Origin: Octopus sinensis
Lineage: Eukaryota
NCBI RefSeq assembly: GCF_006345805.1
Contig: NC_042999.1
Coordinates: 57,288,001-57,352,000 of the forward strand
DNA length: 64,000 nt
Direction: 5' to 3'
The notes under the pieces were generated by a model that did no database searches, was not told the origin of the DNA, and was given only the letters and a program-made list of their open reading frames with translations. This document shows, piece by piece, positions 13,833-26,334 of this stretch; the first letter of the stretch is position 1, and the number at the start of each line of letters is the position of its first letter. A program made the translations under genes and the position numbers.

Positions 13833-14079
13833 GAGTTGTGTTGTTAGGAAGCAAAGGTCTTGCCACACCCGCACCTGAGCCTGGCTTTACAGAACCTTTG
13901 ACAATAACTGGTAATGCTTTGGGCAAACAAGGCAGCGGCTATGATAGGAGGGAAGCCTCTTTTTTAGTAGAGAAATTCTTTGTACATAAGAATCCGTATT
14001 GTCACGTATATACTGATTAAAATAATTTCTTATGATATTAAACTATAATGTAACAATTCATAGGTAGGGAACATATACT

Positions 14080-14333
14080 CTTTTACTTGTTTCAGTCATT
14101 TGACTGCGGCCATGCTGGAGTACCGCCTTTAGTCGAGCAAATCGACCCCAGGACTTATTCTTTGTAAGCCTAGTACTTATTCTATCGGTCCCTTTTTGCC
14201 GAATCGCTCGGTTACGGAGACGTAAACACACCAGCATCAGTTGTCAAGCGATGTTGGGGGGAGGACAAACACAGACACACAAACATATGCACACACACAC
14301 ACACACACACATACATACATACATGCATATATA

Positions 14334-14375
<42 letters not shown>

Positions 14376-14420
14376 GACGGGCTTCTTTCAGTTTCCGTCT
14401 ACCAAATCCACTCACAAGCT
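14080..14420 (-). mobile_element. Family C SINE (5'-truncated) with internal TA/CA microsatellite
   Basis: TTTACTTGTTTCAGTCATTTGACTGCGGCCATGCTGGAG...GACGGGCTTCTTTCAGTTTCCGTCTACC. Confidence 0.85.
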
Positions 14421-15599
14421 TTTGTCTTAAAGTTTAAACCTTTTATATTTTACTTTTTCTCTTTTTCCTTGTTTTCCATGTCTTTTCTTTCCTTTTTGGA
14501 GACTGTTAGCGGATGGTTTCAAATTCATTTGTTGATGAAGTTTTGCCCGTGCCACTTAGTCTCCGGAATATTTGTAACTTAAGCTCACTATTCGCTAAAA
14601 ACTAAAAGTCTAAAATCTGCATTTCATTCTATAATCTTTCTGAGTATCAAAAAAGAAAAAAAAATTAATAAGTGTTGGTATAGAATTGGATCCACTCCTC
14701 TCTTAGGGTCAAAAAGAGGTGATGTTAAAGTTATGATGTGTTAGAAGCATTGTAATAATGCTTGCTAAAACTGGTGAGCGATTCTGAATCCTACTCTACG
14801 TCGTCGCTGAACCTGCTAGAAACAACAGCCAAATTCATTGTCAAATCATTATTAGTTCTAGATACTTCACAAAATAAGGAATGGTCATTTTTGGAATGCC
14901 TTTTGATAATAGATCTGCTCAATTAAAGTTGGCCTGTAGCTAAGAAACAACAATAGCAATATCACTAACTGAAAATTCCACGAACTGTATGCTCTGATAA
15001 ATCCCAATTCATTCGCGTATGACACGCTATAAGAAACGAATATTTGACTGACATCTGATCTATTCACGGAATGTTTTAAAGCAAAGTTTTGTTAAGAATT
15101 AGTCAAAGAAGAAGAGCCGTACCTATATATATCTCCCTAAGACTAATGGGATGGGCCGAAAAGAAAACAACCACGGTTCATTGGCTGTTGTTGTTGTTGT
15201 TGTTGCTGTAAAAAGCAACAACAACAACATTAGGATATCGAGTTCAAGTTCTGATCAGCCCAGAACTCATGTTCCAATACTTGCAACACAGTGAATAAAT
15301 GACTGAATTAATTGGTTAATTAATAAATAAATAAATTAATTAATTAATTAATATCTTTCTTGTGGCTGGGGATCAGGTGCTTCATATACAACTATCCTTG
15401 TCTGTTCGTTGTGTTCTTATGCTCTCTTCAGAACGGATAGGATCGATAGGACCCTGTTCTCTTCTTATCCGATTTCCCAAACTCTCGCAGATTGCTTGAA
15501 ACATAACAAATCTAACAATAAAGGAGAGAGAGAGAAGCATGAACTAATAAAGTGTTGACCTATAATCCATTTTAAACAACCGTACACAACGTGTTTAAA

Positions 15600-16920
15600 A
15601 ATATCATGATAAACAGAAGTTCCAAATAGTTAGAGAAAAAAACACCTCCTTGTAGTTGTTTTTGCCTACGGATCAAACACCTTTGGTGCCCCCACCACTT
15701 TTAACGGGCATAGTCGGCCAAAAGAAAATATATTGCGTCCTTTTCACATCTGCATCCTGAAGCGACTCACGCATTGCATCACTCCTGCCCACGTGAACAA
15801 GCGGATTGCAAGTGGATTTTCCTACCATTTACGGCGTGTATACTTGGAACAAACAAATACAAACAGCAGATCAGTGGCATGTAACATCCCACTCTTCATA
15901 GTCTGTGTGAACTAGTAAAATGTCATCGACTCTATAGAATTTTCCAGCAGTGGTGATAGTCATAACAAACCAAAGCGTAGAACAAGAATAAATCGCTGTC
16001 TTAAAACACATCGTGTTGCTTCTTTCATCGAATTGCACAAAGCTTGGAAAGTTTCCACTCCAGAAGGGCCAAATATAAGGTGTCCTATTTCACAACAGGA
16101 TTACGAGTTTTTCGAAAACTACCCAGGATGGAAAGAACATGACGGCTTGAATCGTTTTCAAATTTCTCCCACGACTTCGATTCCTATTCGAAATATTGTT
16201 CTTTTGTCTGGGGATCTGGTCGAACTTCAAACTATGTTATTACAGCTGAATACAAAAAGCAAGACCGTGGGACTAAGAATGAAAAGAAAAAGAAAAAAAG
16301 AAAAATGTTCAGCAAAGTGATCGACAAAGTTTTTGAGTTAAAGTCAAGAAAACAAGAGAAACAAGTTTGGTTCAAATAATAAACTGCGGACAGCTTATAA
16401 GCAATATAGCCAAGAAAAGAAAAAAGATAATAAAACAGCAAATTATCCTTGGACGGGCAAATCTTCGAGACGACAAGCCCCATCTTTAAAAAGAAAATAG
16501 CCTTCAGCTTTAAAAGTCAGGTTTGCAACAAATGGGACATCCCAAAGATTCTTCATGATCAAAGAACATGGAAGTTTACGATACATCTAAAAACCCCCAG
16601 CTCAACATGCTCGTATAAACATTATATCCTGGAATAACATGGAAAGACCATAAAATAGCGAAATGGCTCCGAAAACAAGCAATGCTAAATGACATCATCG
16701 AATTTACATTATTGAAATGAAATATGGGCTGGACACTCCCAGAAAATAAATGGCAGCAAGTTAACGAAGAAAATCTGACATTCCGGATCCGAAAGGATCG
16801 CTAAAGAATTACAGGACGACAAAGCTTGAAATGGATGCTGTCGATAAATATTGGAGATCAGAAACTCAACACCATATGATACGGAGACAGAAGCAGAGGA
16901 AGGCATTTACCAGTATTGGA
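15600..16920 (+). mobile_element. RTE-like LINE remnant
   Basis: IVLLSGDLVELQTMLLQLNTKSKTVGLRM (RT motif after the DD position); WAGH-like thumb region; many frameshifts; 5' limit uncertain. Confidence 0.6.
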
Positions 16921-17317
16921 AAAGGGAACCGTTAATTTGAGGGAGATCAAATTAGCCACACACACACACATAGTCACCACAAACATACGCCAATATATAA
17001 CTACTGATTTCGACGATTAAATTTCCAGTTATTCAACCAACTGAGCTACTTACTAACAGAATTGTTGTAGAATTACCTGAGTGTTTTGTTGACACGTGAA
17101 CAATTAACGTAATTCTCAGGTAGGACCAAGAGGATACAGTATGTAACAAAGCTTGCATTTTGAATTTGTTTGAATTTCAGGTGAAACATCGATTCTCTAC
17201 ACCAGTCTTCCAACGTGCTCTATCCTGTGCTTACTCTTTGATTTGGTTCCATGTAATCCTTTCCACTTTCAATATATCTTCTACCAAACACAGCCAGATA
17301 ATAGGAGCACTCCGTCG

Positions 17318-17610
17318 GTTGCGACGACGACGGTCCCAGCTGATACGATCAACGGAGCAGCTTGCTCGTGAAATTAAAGTGCAAGTGGCTGAGCACTCCA
17401 CAAACACGTGTACCCTTAACGTAGTTCTCGGGGAGTTTCAGCGTGACACAGAGTGTTACAAGGCTGGCCCTTTGAAATACAGGTACAACTCATTTTTGCC
17501 AGCTGAGTGGACTGGAGCAACGTGAAATAAAGTGTCTTGCTCAAGGACACAACATGCATTACGATCATGAGCCAGATGCTCCTAACCACTAAGCCACGCG
17601 CCTTCACACA
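17318..17610 (-). mobile_element. tRNA-derived SINE (family D) with conserved central domain
   Basis: Minus strand: GGCGCGTGGCTTAGTGGTTAGG head, then GTGTCCTTGAGCAAGACACTT...GCTCCAGTCCACTCAGCTG (Deu/Meta-domain-like). Confidence 0.8.
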
Positions 17611-18099
17611 GCCAGATAATATTCAGGTGAACTACCTTCTTTTTCCTCTCTGGGTTCCAGTCCAAGGCTTGCCTTAACCAAGCATCTTCCTGCTTCCCTT
17701 AGTGTACAGCCTAACCTCTTTATCAATGTCATACTAACTGTTTGCCGATTGGTTCTTACGTGGTTTCTCACAATTTCTAGATATCTAATATTTAGGTTTC
17801 TGAAGTACCTATTTCAGAATGTTTGAAGCTTTCTGGTTACATCCCTCACGATTCAACATCTTTATAGCAGGAAAGATTTACCGTTATTATTGAAATTTTC
17901 CAAGTTACCCCTAAGCAAATTTTAAAATGTTGAGTGCACAACTCGTTTTTCCGAGTATTACTTCGACATCTCCGCTGTATCAGTTGTGGACACCGCACTT
18001 TAGGATAAATGAAACGCATGCTTCGTTCAGTATGTGATTTTTTTTTTTACCATTAAGAATCTGACTTCATCACTTTTCATTTTAATGATCTCTGGTTCC

Positions 18100-18215
18100 G
18101 GGTTCAGTGCCACTGCGTGGCGCCTTGGGTAAGTGTCTTCTACTATAGCCTCGGGCCAACCAAAGCCTTGTGAATGGATTTGGTAGACGGAAACTGAAAG
18201 AAGCCCGTCGTATAT
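18100..18215 (+). mobile_element. Family C SINE 5' part; a 3' part lies at about 18930-19050
   Basis: GGTTCCGGGTTCAGTGCCACTGCGTGG...GAAGCCCGTCGTATATA. Confidence 0.75.
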
Positions 18216-18225
18216 ATAAATAAAT

Positions 18226-18315
<90 letters not shown>

Positions 18316-18637
18316 GTTTGGAGATGATGTACAGGTATTTTATATTAGAAGAAATGAGGTACTTAGAAATTCGGATGGTTTTATATTTACAGATATTTAT
18401 TTGTATATTACATGTTTTTATACATCATATAACTTATATCATATATCATATATTAGCGCTTTCGTCAATTCTGGTGGATTTTTCAAATTGCGTCCATTCT
18501 TTGTGGATTTTTCAAATGGAACTAAGTTCCTGTGGAAAAATTTTGACCACTTTATAGTGTTATTGAGTGTGTAGTGGTGGGGAGGGATATAAGATAGTAC
18601 AAGAGGGTGAAGAATGGGGAGAAAGTGAGAGAGAGAG

Positions 18638-18685
<48 letters not shown>

Positions 18686-19230
18686 TGTGTGTGTGTGCGT
18701 AAGTGTGTGTGCGTAAGTGTGTGTGCGTAAGTGTGCGTGGGTGTGCTTTTGTATCTGAAAGTAGTGTTAGAGAAAAAGAAGGGAAGGAAGAAAAGGGAGA
18801 GAGGGAAGAAGAAAACATTGTTTTGCTGGTTTCTTTTGTAGTTGGTCAGGATGTTTATATATATATATATAGATGTGTGTGTGTGTGTGTGGTGTGTGTG
18901 TGTGTGTGTGTTGTGTGTGTGTGTGTGTCTGTGTTTGTGCCCCCAACATCGATTGACAACCGATGCTGGTGTGTTTACATCCATGTAACTTAGCGGTGCT
19001 CCAGCATGACCACAGTCAAATGACTGAAACAAGTAAGAGTAAAAGAATAAAAGAATACTGAAAAGTAATGTTTACTGCCACATGAACATGGTTGTTCTGT
19101 AGGAACCGACATTTCTACCGTTTTTAACCCCAGGAGGACGCCTCCCCCAGCTGGTTATCGATGCAATCTGCACCCGATGTATATTGCAAGTAGGGGAGCG
19201 AACCTCAGCCATCTTCTAGAGACGATGAAA

Positions 19231-19279
19231 CCACCAGACCATCCGGTTTTGAGCTATTTGCGCTCATCCTCAGTGGTGG
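19231..19279 (-). ncRNA. Type I hammerhead ribozyme-like motif with G12A
   Basis: Stem I CCACCA/TGGTGG; core CTGAGGA; stem II GAGC-gcaaata-GCTC; AAAA in place of GAAA; stem III ACC-ggat-GGT; C17. Confidence 0.7.
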
Positions 19280-19917
19280 ACACCCATCCGCTAGAGATAA
19301 AATCTTTATTATGATCATGAGATCGAACATAGAAAAGGACATAACAGACAAACAAATACAAAAATGTTATATGAGTTCGAATGAAACTTCTAAAAATTTA
19401 ATTATAATGAGAAATAAACGAATAATTGGTTTACTTTTGCTTTTAAAACGAGAACTTTTGTGTGTGTGTGTTTTTAAAAATTAAAACCAGAGATCAGAAT
19501 AGCAGGTTCTAAAATTGAACCCCGCAGCCTATAATGTCCAGCAACTAGTTTTTCCTTTCTTCGATTATTAAACTAGAGATAGCAGTACTTTGCTCATCTC
19601 GCAGTGTATATAAAACAGTCATTGATCTTTCAACAAGCAAAGTAACAAGTCAGAAAACCTGTATAAGAGTAGAAAGCAGTAGCTATACTGAGAAGTAATG
19701 GTTATCGTCACTTCAACATGGCTATTCCGTCGGAACCGATGTTTTTCCATCGTTATCCTCCAACTTGGCTTTCCCTGATAACTTTGTTCGTTTGTGTAGC
19801 TTTCTGGGCAGGTCTCTGCAACAATTTGGCGATATTTCCTGTTTCATCCCAGATTTTACCTCGAAATCTTTCGACAATCTCCCGTTGTGTGTCACTTGAT
19901 ATCCGATGTCAAGCAAC

Positions 19918-20050
19918 ACATACATACATGCATACATACATACATACATACATACATACATACATACATACATACATACATACATACATACATACATACA
20001 TACATACATACACACACACGTACATATAAATATATGTATGTGTGTGTGTG
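19918..20050. repeat. (TACA)n / (TG)n microsatellite
   Basis: Direct reading. Confidence 0.95.
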
Positions 20051-20066
20051 TTTGTGTCTAACGGTA

Positions 20067-20444
20067 ATCTTTATCTCCAACGTAATGTGGACGTTGTATT
20101 AGGACACTGAACATTGCGTTATTTACCTTGAGCGGATCTCTCATATGAACTTTCGGTGCATAAAATCACTCTTATTTATATCGTTGACAGACAAGAGCCG
20201 TCTGCTACGTCCGCCGGAAGTGTCAGATCACATGATTTCACCCTGTTTGGAGCTCCTCAGTGACAGACATCTTGTAAACAATATAACTGCCGAATCTCCC
20301 GCCAACGATATATAGAATATCAGTGTCTATTCAGGCATTGGTGTCGCAAGTAGCCAGTGGGCTAATTAAAAAGTAATTAATAGCAACAATAGTAGTATTA
20401 ATATTTAAAAAGACGATCTTTATCTTCAACGAAATGTGGACGTT
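20067..20444 (-). mobile_element. 349-bp hammerhead-bearing unit with 29-bp terminal direct repeat (retrozyme- or pLTR-like)
   Basis: ATCTTTATCTYCAACGWAATGTGGACGTT at 20067-20095 and 20416-20444 (27/29 identical) flanks a hammerhead. Confidence 0.65.
20221..20265 (-). ncRNA. Type I hammerhead ribozyme motif, canonical core
   Basis: TGTCA-CTGAGGA-GCTC-caaaca-GGGT-GAA-ATCA-tg-TGAT-C-TGACA; predicted cleavage after C at 20226. Confidence 0.85.
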
Positions 20445-20869
20445 AATTCAGTTTTCTGTGTTCTAACACAACGACCATGTTAATTGTGAGATAAAGATTG
20501 CCTTTTGTTATTAACACCGTTTCTATCGCTATTAATTATACATACATACATACATACATACATACATACATACATACATACATACATACATACATACATA
20601 CATAAATGTGTGTGTGTATGTGTCTATCTCTCTGTGGGTGTGTATGTACGAATGTATGTATGTATATATTTATATATGGTATCCTAGTAATGCATATACA
20701 TTTTAACAGTTGATAACTCACTTAACTTTTGATTTAGATTTAACCCATAAGAAATAAAGGAACCCAGAATAAGGTCCGAACAAACAAAATTTACCCTAAA
20801 GTATAATTGGAAGTTTGAAAACCCAAGCGAAGTCCAAGGACTATTTGAGAGAGTGTCAAATAGATCCAT

Positions 20870-21510
20870 CAACGAGACTTACCTTCACTCGAATTAGAAA
20901 TAAGTTTGAAACAGACGGACTTATTCATAATATTCAGCAGTAATGTTCCGGAAAACCACGGACATCGACTAGTCCCACAAGGCAAGAAACATACTAGAAA
21001 CGTATCACTAGGATTCTGGAAAATGTGTGCGACAAGTGAGTCGTGATATAGGAATTTCAAAATCTAACGCAGCCCAACGCATTCTGAAGGACTGTCATTC
21101 AAAATGTTACATTCCAAGAATAGTGCAGGTTCTCAATGAACATAATTTGGACCGAATACTGAATTTTTACAAGTATTATTTGGCAAGATGTGTAGAAGAT
21201 GCTCACTTTCCAACAAAAAATGTTCGGAGTGATTACGCTACATTTACATTTAACTGTAACAGTCATAGGCAGGGAATCCGCCTATTACGGAGGAGCAACG
21301 TGTTAATTTACTAGGAGTTACAGTATGGTGCGCTTTATCGTCAAAAAGATTAATTGAACCATTCCTTTTTTACGGTACTATGATTGGTTTCATTTACCTG
21401 AACTTACTACGACAATCTGTCATGCCAAGTATTCAAGAAAACTTTGAAGATGTGGAGTTTATTTCCAGCAAGATGGAACATTCCCGCATTACCATAGTAT
21501 CAAATAATTT
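20870..21510 (+). pseudogene. Tc1/mariner-superfamily transposase remnant (Visitor/rosa-like, subfamily uncertain)
   Basis: VRQVSRDIGISKS..RILKDCHSKCYIPRIVQVLNE; GVTVWCALSSKRLIEPF; FQQDG across frames. Confidence 0.65.
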
Positions 21511-21541
21511 TGTCCAGAATCATACCAACAGCAGCTTTAGT

Positions 21542-21735
21542 GGAGGCGCAATGGCCCAGTGGTTAGGGCAGCGGACTCGCGGTCGTAAGAACGCAGTTTC
21601 GATTCCCAGACCGGGCATTGTGAGTGTTTATTGAGCAAAAACACCTAAGATCCATGTGGCTCCGGCGGGATGGGGGGGGTGTAAACCCCTCTGTACTCTT
21701 TCACCACAACTTTCTCTCACTCTTTCTTCCTACTT
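21542..21735 (+). mobile_element. tRNA-derived SINE (family B2), truncated
   Basis: GGAGGCGCAATGGCCCAGTGGTTAGGGCAGCGGACTC head shared with 40473 and 52718. Confidence 0.85.
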
Positions 21736-22018
21736 CTGCCACAAAGCAGAACCATGGTGAAACCCACTATGGTGTGGTAAACTTTCAGGCCCTAGTCTAG
21801 ATGGCGAATCCTCTGTACCCCAGGATGGTTCAGCTCTCCACCCGTTAAAAGTCACCGTTTACGGAATGAGGATAATAACGTAGCTTTCGCGCTCGTGCAA
21901 CCGCCAGTCTATCGCGCGTGGTGGGTGGATCTTCAAGTTGCCACACACATTCTTAGCAGCTTAGAGTAGGCTCGAATTAGAGATTATTCTTTGTGGCTAA
22001 TGTCGTGAGTCCTTATTG

Positions 22019-22128
22019 GAAGAAGAAGAAGAAGAAGAAGAAGAAGAAGAAGAAGAAGAAGAAGAAGAAGAAGAAGAAGAAGAAGAAGAAGAAGAAGAAG
22101 AAGAAGAAGAAGAAGAAGAAGAAGAAGA
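22019..22128. repeat. (GAA)n microsatellite
   Basis: Direct reading; source of the poly-Lys ORF. Confidence 0.97.
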
Positions 22129-22591
22129 CAGCAGCTTTATCCTTGTGGATTTTTAGTCCAGCTGCAGGTGAGTATAGTTTTGGACATAAAGGCTAGCAGT
22201 GCTACCACATATACATAAATGCATGAAGTTGAGCGTGTGTATGTATATGGGTGTGTCGAACAAATACATCATAGCGACGTCATTGAAATTATTTGTGTTG
22301 ATGAATACAATTAACTCTGTAATTATATTCATATCTGTTTACCAACCTTTGTACTCGTTTACCTATTTTTATCGTTTTTATTTACATTATTTGTAAATTG
22401 ACAAGGTTGGGCCTTTTGTGTAGAATAAATGAATGCCATAACTAGATTCCACAGCCCATAAATCATTTCGCATTAACCCTAACAATTTTAATGCGTAACA
22501 GATATGTATCAATCTTGGGAAATTATTATTCGAACGATCATGAGAATCCCTGGTACTCAGGACAATAAGCCTTACTATATCTAGTATATGT

Positions 22592-22890
22592 GGAGACACA
22601 TGGTCTAGTGGTTAGAGCAGCGGACTCGCGGTCGAGGGATCGCGGGTTCGAATCTCAGACCGGGCGATGTGTGTGTTTATGAGCGAAACACCTAAGCTCC
22701 ACGCGGCTCCGGCAGAAGATAATGGCGAACTTCTGCTGACTCTTTCCCCCAACTTTCTCTCACTCTTTCCTCCTGCATCTTGCAGCTCACCTGCGGCGGA
22801 CCGGTGTCCCGTCCAAGTGGGGAACCTATACGCCAAGGAAACCGGGAAACCGGCCCTTATGAGCCAGACATGGCTCGAGAAGGAACAAAC
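22592..22890 (+). mobile_element. tRNA-derived SINE (family B1), full length
   Basis: Near-identical to 1466-1758; A and B boxes present. Confidence 0.88.
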
Positions 22891-23323
22891 ATATTTAGTA
22901 TATAGCGCGTGATCTAGTGGTTAGGATGTTGTACTCACGATTGGAGGATTGTAGTTTCGATTTTCGAACCGGGCAGTGCTTTATATCCTTGAGCAAAATA
23001 CTTGATTTAACTCACCGAGGAGGCGCATTGTGATTGACAGTGATAAAGTGATATTTAGTATATATTTAAGCCTTAACATTTAAATTTCGAAACCTGGTGA
23101 ATACAACGTTTCCTAGGGTCGGTAAAGGAAATGCTAATCAAATAATTGCAGTCGAAATTAATATATTGCTTCCTCTTCTAGATTCCATACATTGTACCTA
23201 GGTTAGAAATAATTAATATTCAGAAAATTGATGTTACGAGGACGTGGGTGTTTTATTCATGTGTATGCGTGTGTGTGTGTGTGTGTGTGTGCGTGCGTGT
23301 GCATGAATGCACATATGTATGTA

Positions 23324-23399
<76 letters not shown>

Positions 23400-23562
23400 T
23401 AGATACGTGTGTATATGCGCATCACTTCCCGAGCGTTAAACTAATACATCTGTTTGTTGTTTACACATCTGTCTTCGTCTTTTTTTTTTTTTGTAAATTC
23501 CAACTATATACCTATATACGTACATATACGTGTATGTGTAGATGTGTTGGAGAAAGGGAGTT

Positions 23563-23585
23563 AGATAGATAGATAGATAGATAGT

Positions 23586-23682
<97 letters not shown>
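23563..23682. repeat. (GATA)n microsatellite
   Basis: Direct reading. Confidence 0.97.
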
Positions 23683-24285
23683 CGTGCAGTTGTTTTATGG
23701 AGGTGGCTTATAAAATTGGTGTTATTATACAGAGAAGAACACCCAAGCTTTTAAATGCTCGTATTTTAATCTAAACTTATATTAAATGATGAATGTACAA
23801 CATACACAAAAAGTAGACGATTTCTCTGTCACTATGACCCGAATGGGAAGCTTGAAATGTATTGATTAAAATTTGTAATGTATCGTAGTAAAATATTAAT
23901 TACGAGATGATATTTAGCCTCAGAGTGACAAACTTTAATATTCAAAACACTTTAATATCAAGACAACCAGGTTTCTGCGAAAATGCTTATTTTTGCTTTT
24001 TTTCTATTTCGATTTTGAGAAGCAAAATCTACCGAAATTACCATCAGGTTTATTTTGACTGTCTTGTTTTTTTTTTTTTTGTTTTTTTTTTGTTTTTTTT
24101 TTTGTGACAAGAAAAATATAAAGCAGAAAGTTTAATGTTTCTTATGTCTTTAATCTTTTTCGTGGAGGAAAAACTTTCGTTCAGTCTTCGTAGATGCTGC
24201 TTGAATTACCAGTAAACGTTGGGAAATTTTACAAAACTTTGGTATTATGTGACTGCCGATTTAATTAATTACTCAATGCCATATT

Positions 24286-24610
24286 AAGTTCGAATCCTTC
24301 TGAGGTTTATCAACTCAATACTAGTCAGGAAATGGCAATAGATCTTAACCAGCTGTCTCCTCCACTAAGCTTGAGGTATTGTACCTAAATTAGAAGTAAT
24401 TAATATTTTGATGATGGGTGATTTTGTGAGGATATCTTACAAAAATACGAACATAGGTGCAAGCGTAGCTGTGTGGTAAGAAGCTTGTTTCCGAACCACA
24501 TGATCCCGGGTTCGGTCCTACTGCGTGGCACCTTCTACTATAGCCTTGGGCCGACCAAAGCCTTGTGAGTGGATTTGATAGACAGAAACTGAAAGAAGCC
24601 CGTCGTATAA

Positions 24611-24666
<56 letters not shown>

Positions 24667-24690
24667 CTGTACATCTATTGGACGAAATTC
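24286..24690 (+). repeat. Local duplication (partner starts at 30157) including a family C SINE head
   Basis: AAGTTCGAATCCTTCTGAGGTTTATCAACTCAATACTAGTCAGG... is nearly identical at both sites. Confidence 0.85.
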
Positions 24691-24999
24691 ATACGGTTTA
24701 CAATGTCAGCCAAACAAGGGATAGAAGCCTTTTTCACAGAAACCTAAAATTCCAAAAGTTGAATTATTATTTGAATTTATGCCCATGTCATCGGTGCGTC
24801 TTTCCTTAATAAGCTTGATTTCCGGCAGGATGTTCAGTGTCGGTCGCCTTTGGAATCAATGTGACCAGCCTCGAATGTAACTTACACCTTGCCTGATCAA
24901 AGCATTTATCAATAGAAGAAATTAATGTATCAAATAGACTGAATACTTATCAAATATTCATCGAATGAAATCAGCGCTTACTGTCTATATAGTTGCATT

Positions 25000-25990
25000 G
25001 TAAGTTAAGATACCATTAGGTATCTATTTAATTTCAGACTCCTCTGTGCTGTGTTTCAACTCATCAAATAATTTATTCCTTCTTGGTACTTGACTGAAGC
25101 AACAATTTTCTTATTGTTGCTTTACAATCTTCTTACTGTCGCTCACACACACTGAAAGAATGTACTTGATAACATGTTCCAATAGTTTAACCACTCCGGA
25201 TATTTTTTCCTTAAGCATATTGCTAACCTCATCAAATCTTATCCCACTACATTTGTGTGAATGTAGCTGCCGTCTTGTGAGCACATCTGATCTTAGGCCT
25301 GCGAGTAACAGAAACCAGAAATTTTTCACTGGCTACCAAGCGTTTTTTTGCTGTGCTTTTTGCTGGATGCATCGGTAAATTCATCAGTAATAACTGAAAA
25401 AATATTTTGTGCCAATATTACCAAGTAAATATCTCACAACAAAATCCGCCATTTTATATATCGTGTCTCAGATATTTCTCTTTCGTATTATTATTACCAG
25501 CTTTGTTGAACCACCCCACTAAATCAGAAACACCTTTCCTCTCACTGGTACAAGATTTAGATGGTTCACTTTAGATGATTCTTCAACGTTTCCTTGCATG
25601 TCTATTTCATATTGGCAAAGGCACTACAAACACTCAATAATTTTTGCTTTGCATTTACGCTTTATTTGTATGTCTTTTTGCTGTTTCATTCAACCATTCT
25701 GCAATGTTATTATATTTAGGAATCGGCATTTCCATTTTAGTAGCAGCATGATAACATTCAGAGAATCGATGGCTCTCAAAGTGCCGGCCTGCTTTTTACC
25801 AACTGCAAAATCGTTGAATTAATACATTTTTTTTTTTTTACTTTTAACATGCTGCAGTTTTTGAACTTTCATCATACTTCGCACAAAAAATAAAGTGCTC
25901 GATCGTATGTTTGACTATAATGGATAAAATCAAAAGCGGTGAACCAAATTTCTTGAAAAAAAAAAACGTTTCTGGTTGCCGATTGTTTGT
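25000..25990 (-). pseudogene. hAT-type (ZMYM1/DUF4371-like) transposase remnant
   Basis: FQEIWF..HYSQTYDRALYFLC (TTF-like zinc finger); IIECL*CLCQYEIDMQGN; KYFSVITDEFTDASSK. Confidence 0.6.
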
Positions 25991-26102
25991 TTCGGAAAAT
26001 TAAAATTTATCGGTTGATTTGTTTGTGTGAGAGTACAAAAAAAAAGTCTCTCGGCTCTGAAATAAAAGTAACTGCTGCTACTTCTTCCGTGGCCCTGTTT
26101 TT

Positions 26103-26104
<2 letters not shown>

Positions 26105-26160
<56 letters not shown>

Positions 26161-26252
26161 CCATCATTATCTTCATCTTCATCATCTTCATCATCATCAT
26201 CATCATCATCATCATCTTTATCATCATCTTCATCATCATCATCATCACCATC

Positions 26253-26310
<58 letters not shown>

Positions 26311-26330
26311 CCACCACCACCACCACCATC
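26105..26330. repeat. (CAT/CAC)n trinucleotide array
   Basis: Direct reading. Confidence 0.95.
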
Positions 26331-26334
26331 ATCG

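Noticed and set aside
15392-15440. CTGAAGA with CTATCC/GGATAG flanks on the minus strand
   Set aside because: GAAC instead of GAAA, no NUH site, poor stem II
22155-22173. AG...CAG|GTGAGT possible microexon
   Set aside because: 11 nt, not frame-preserving, and no other exons of a host gene found
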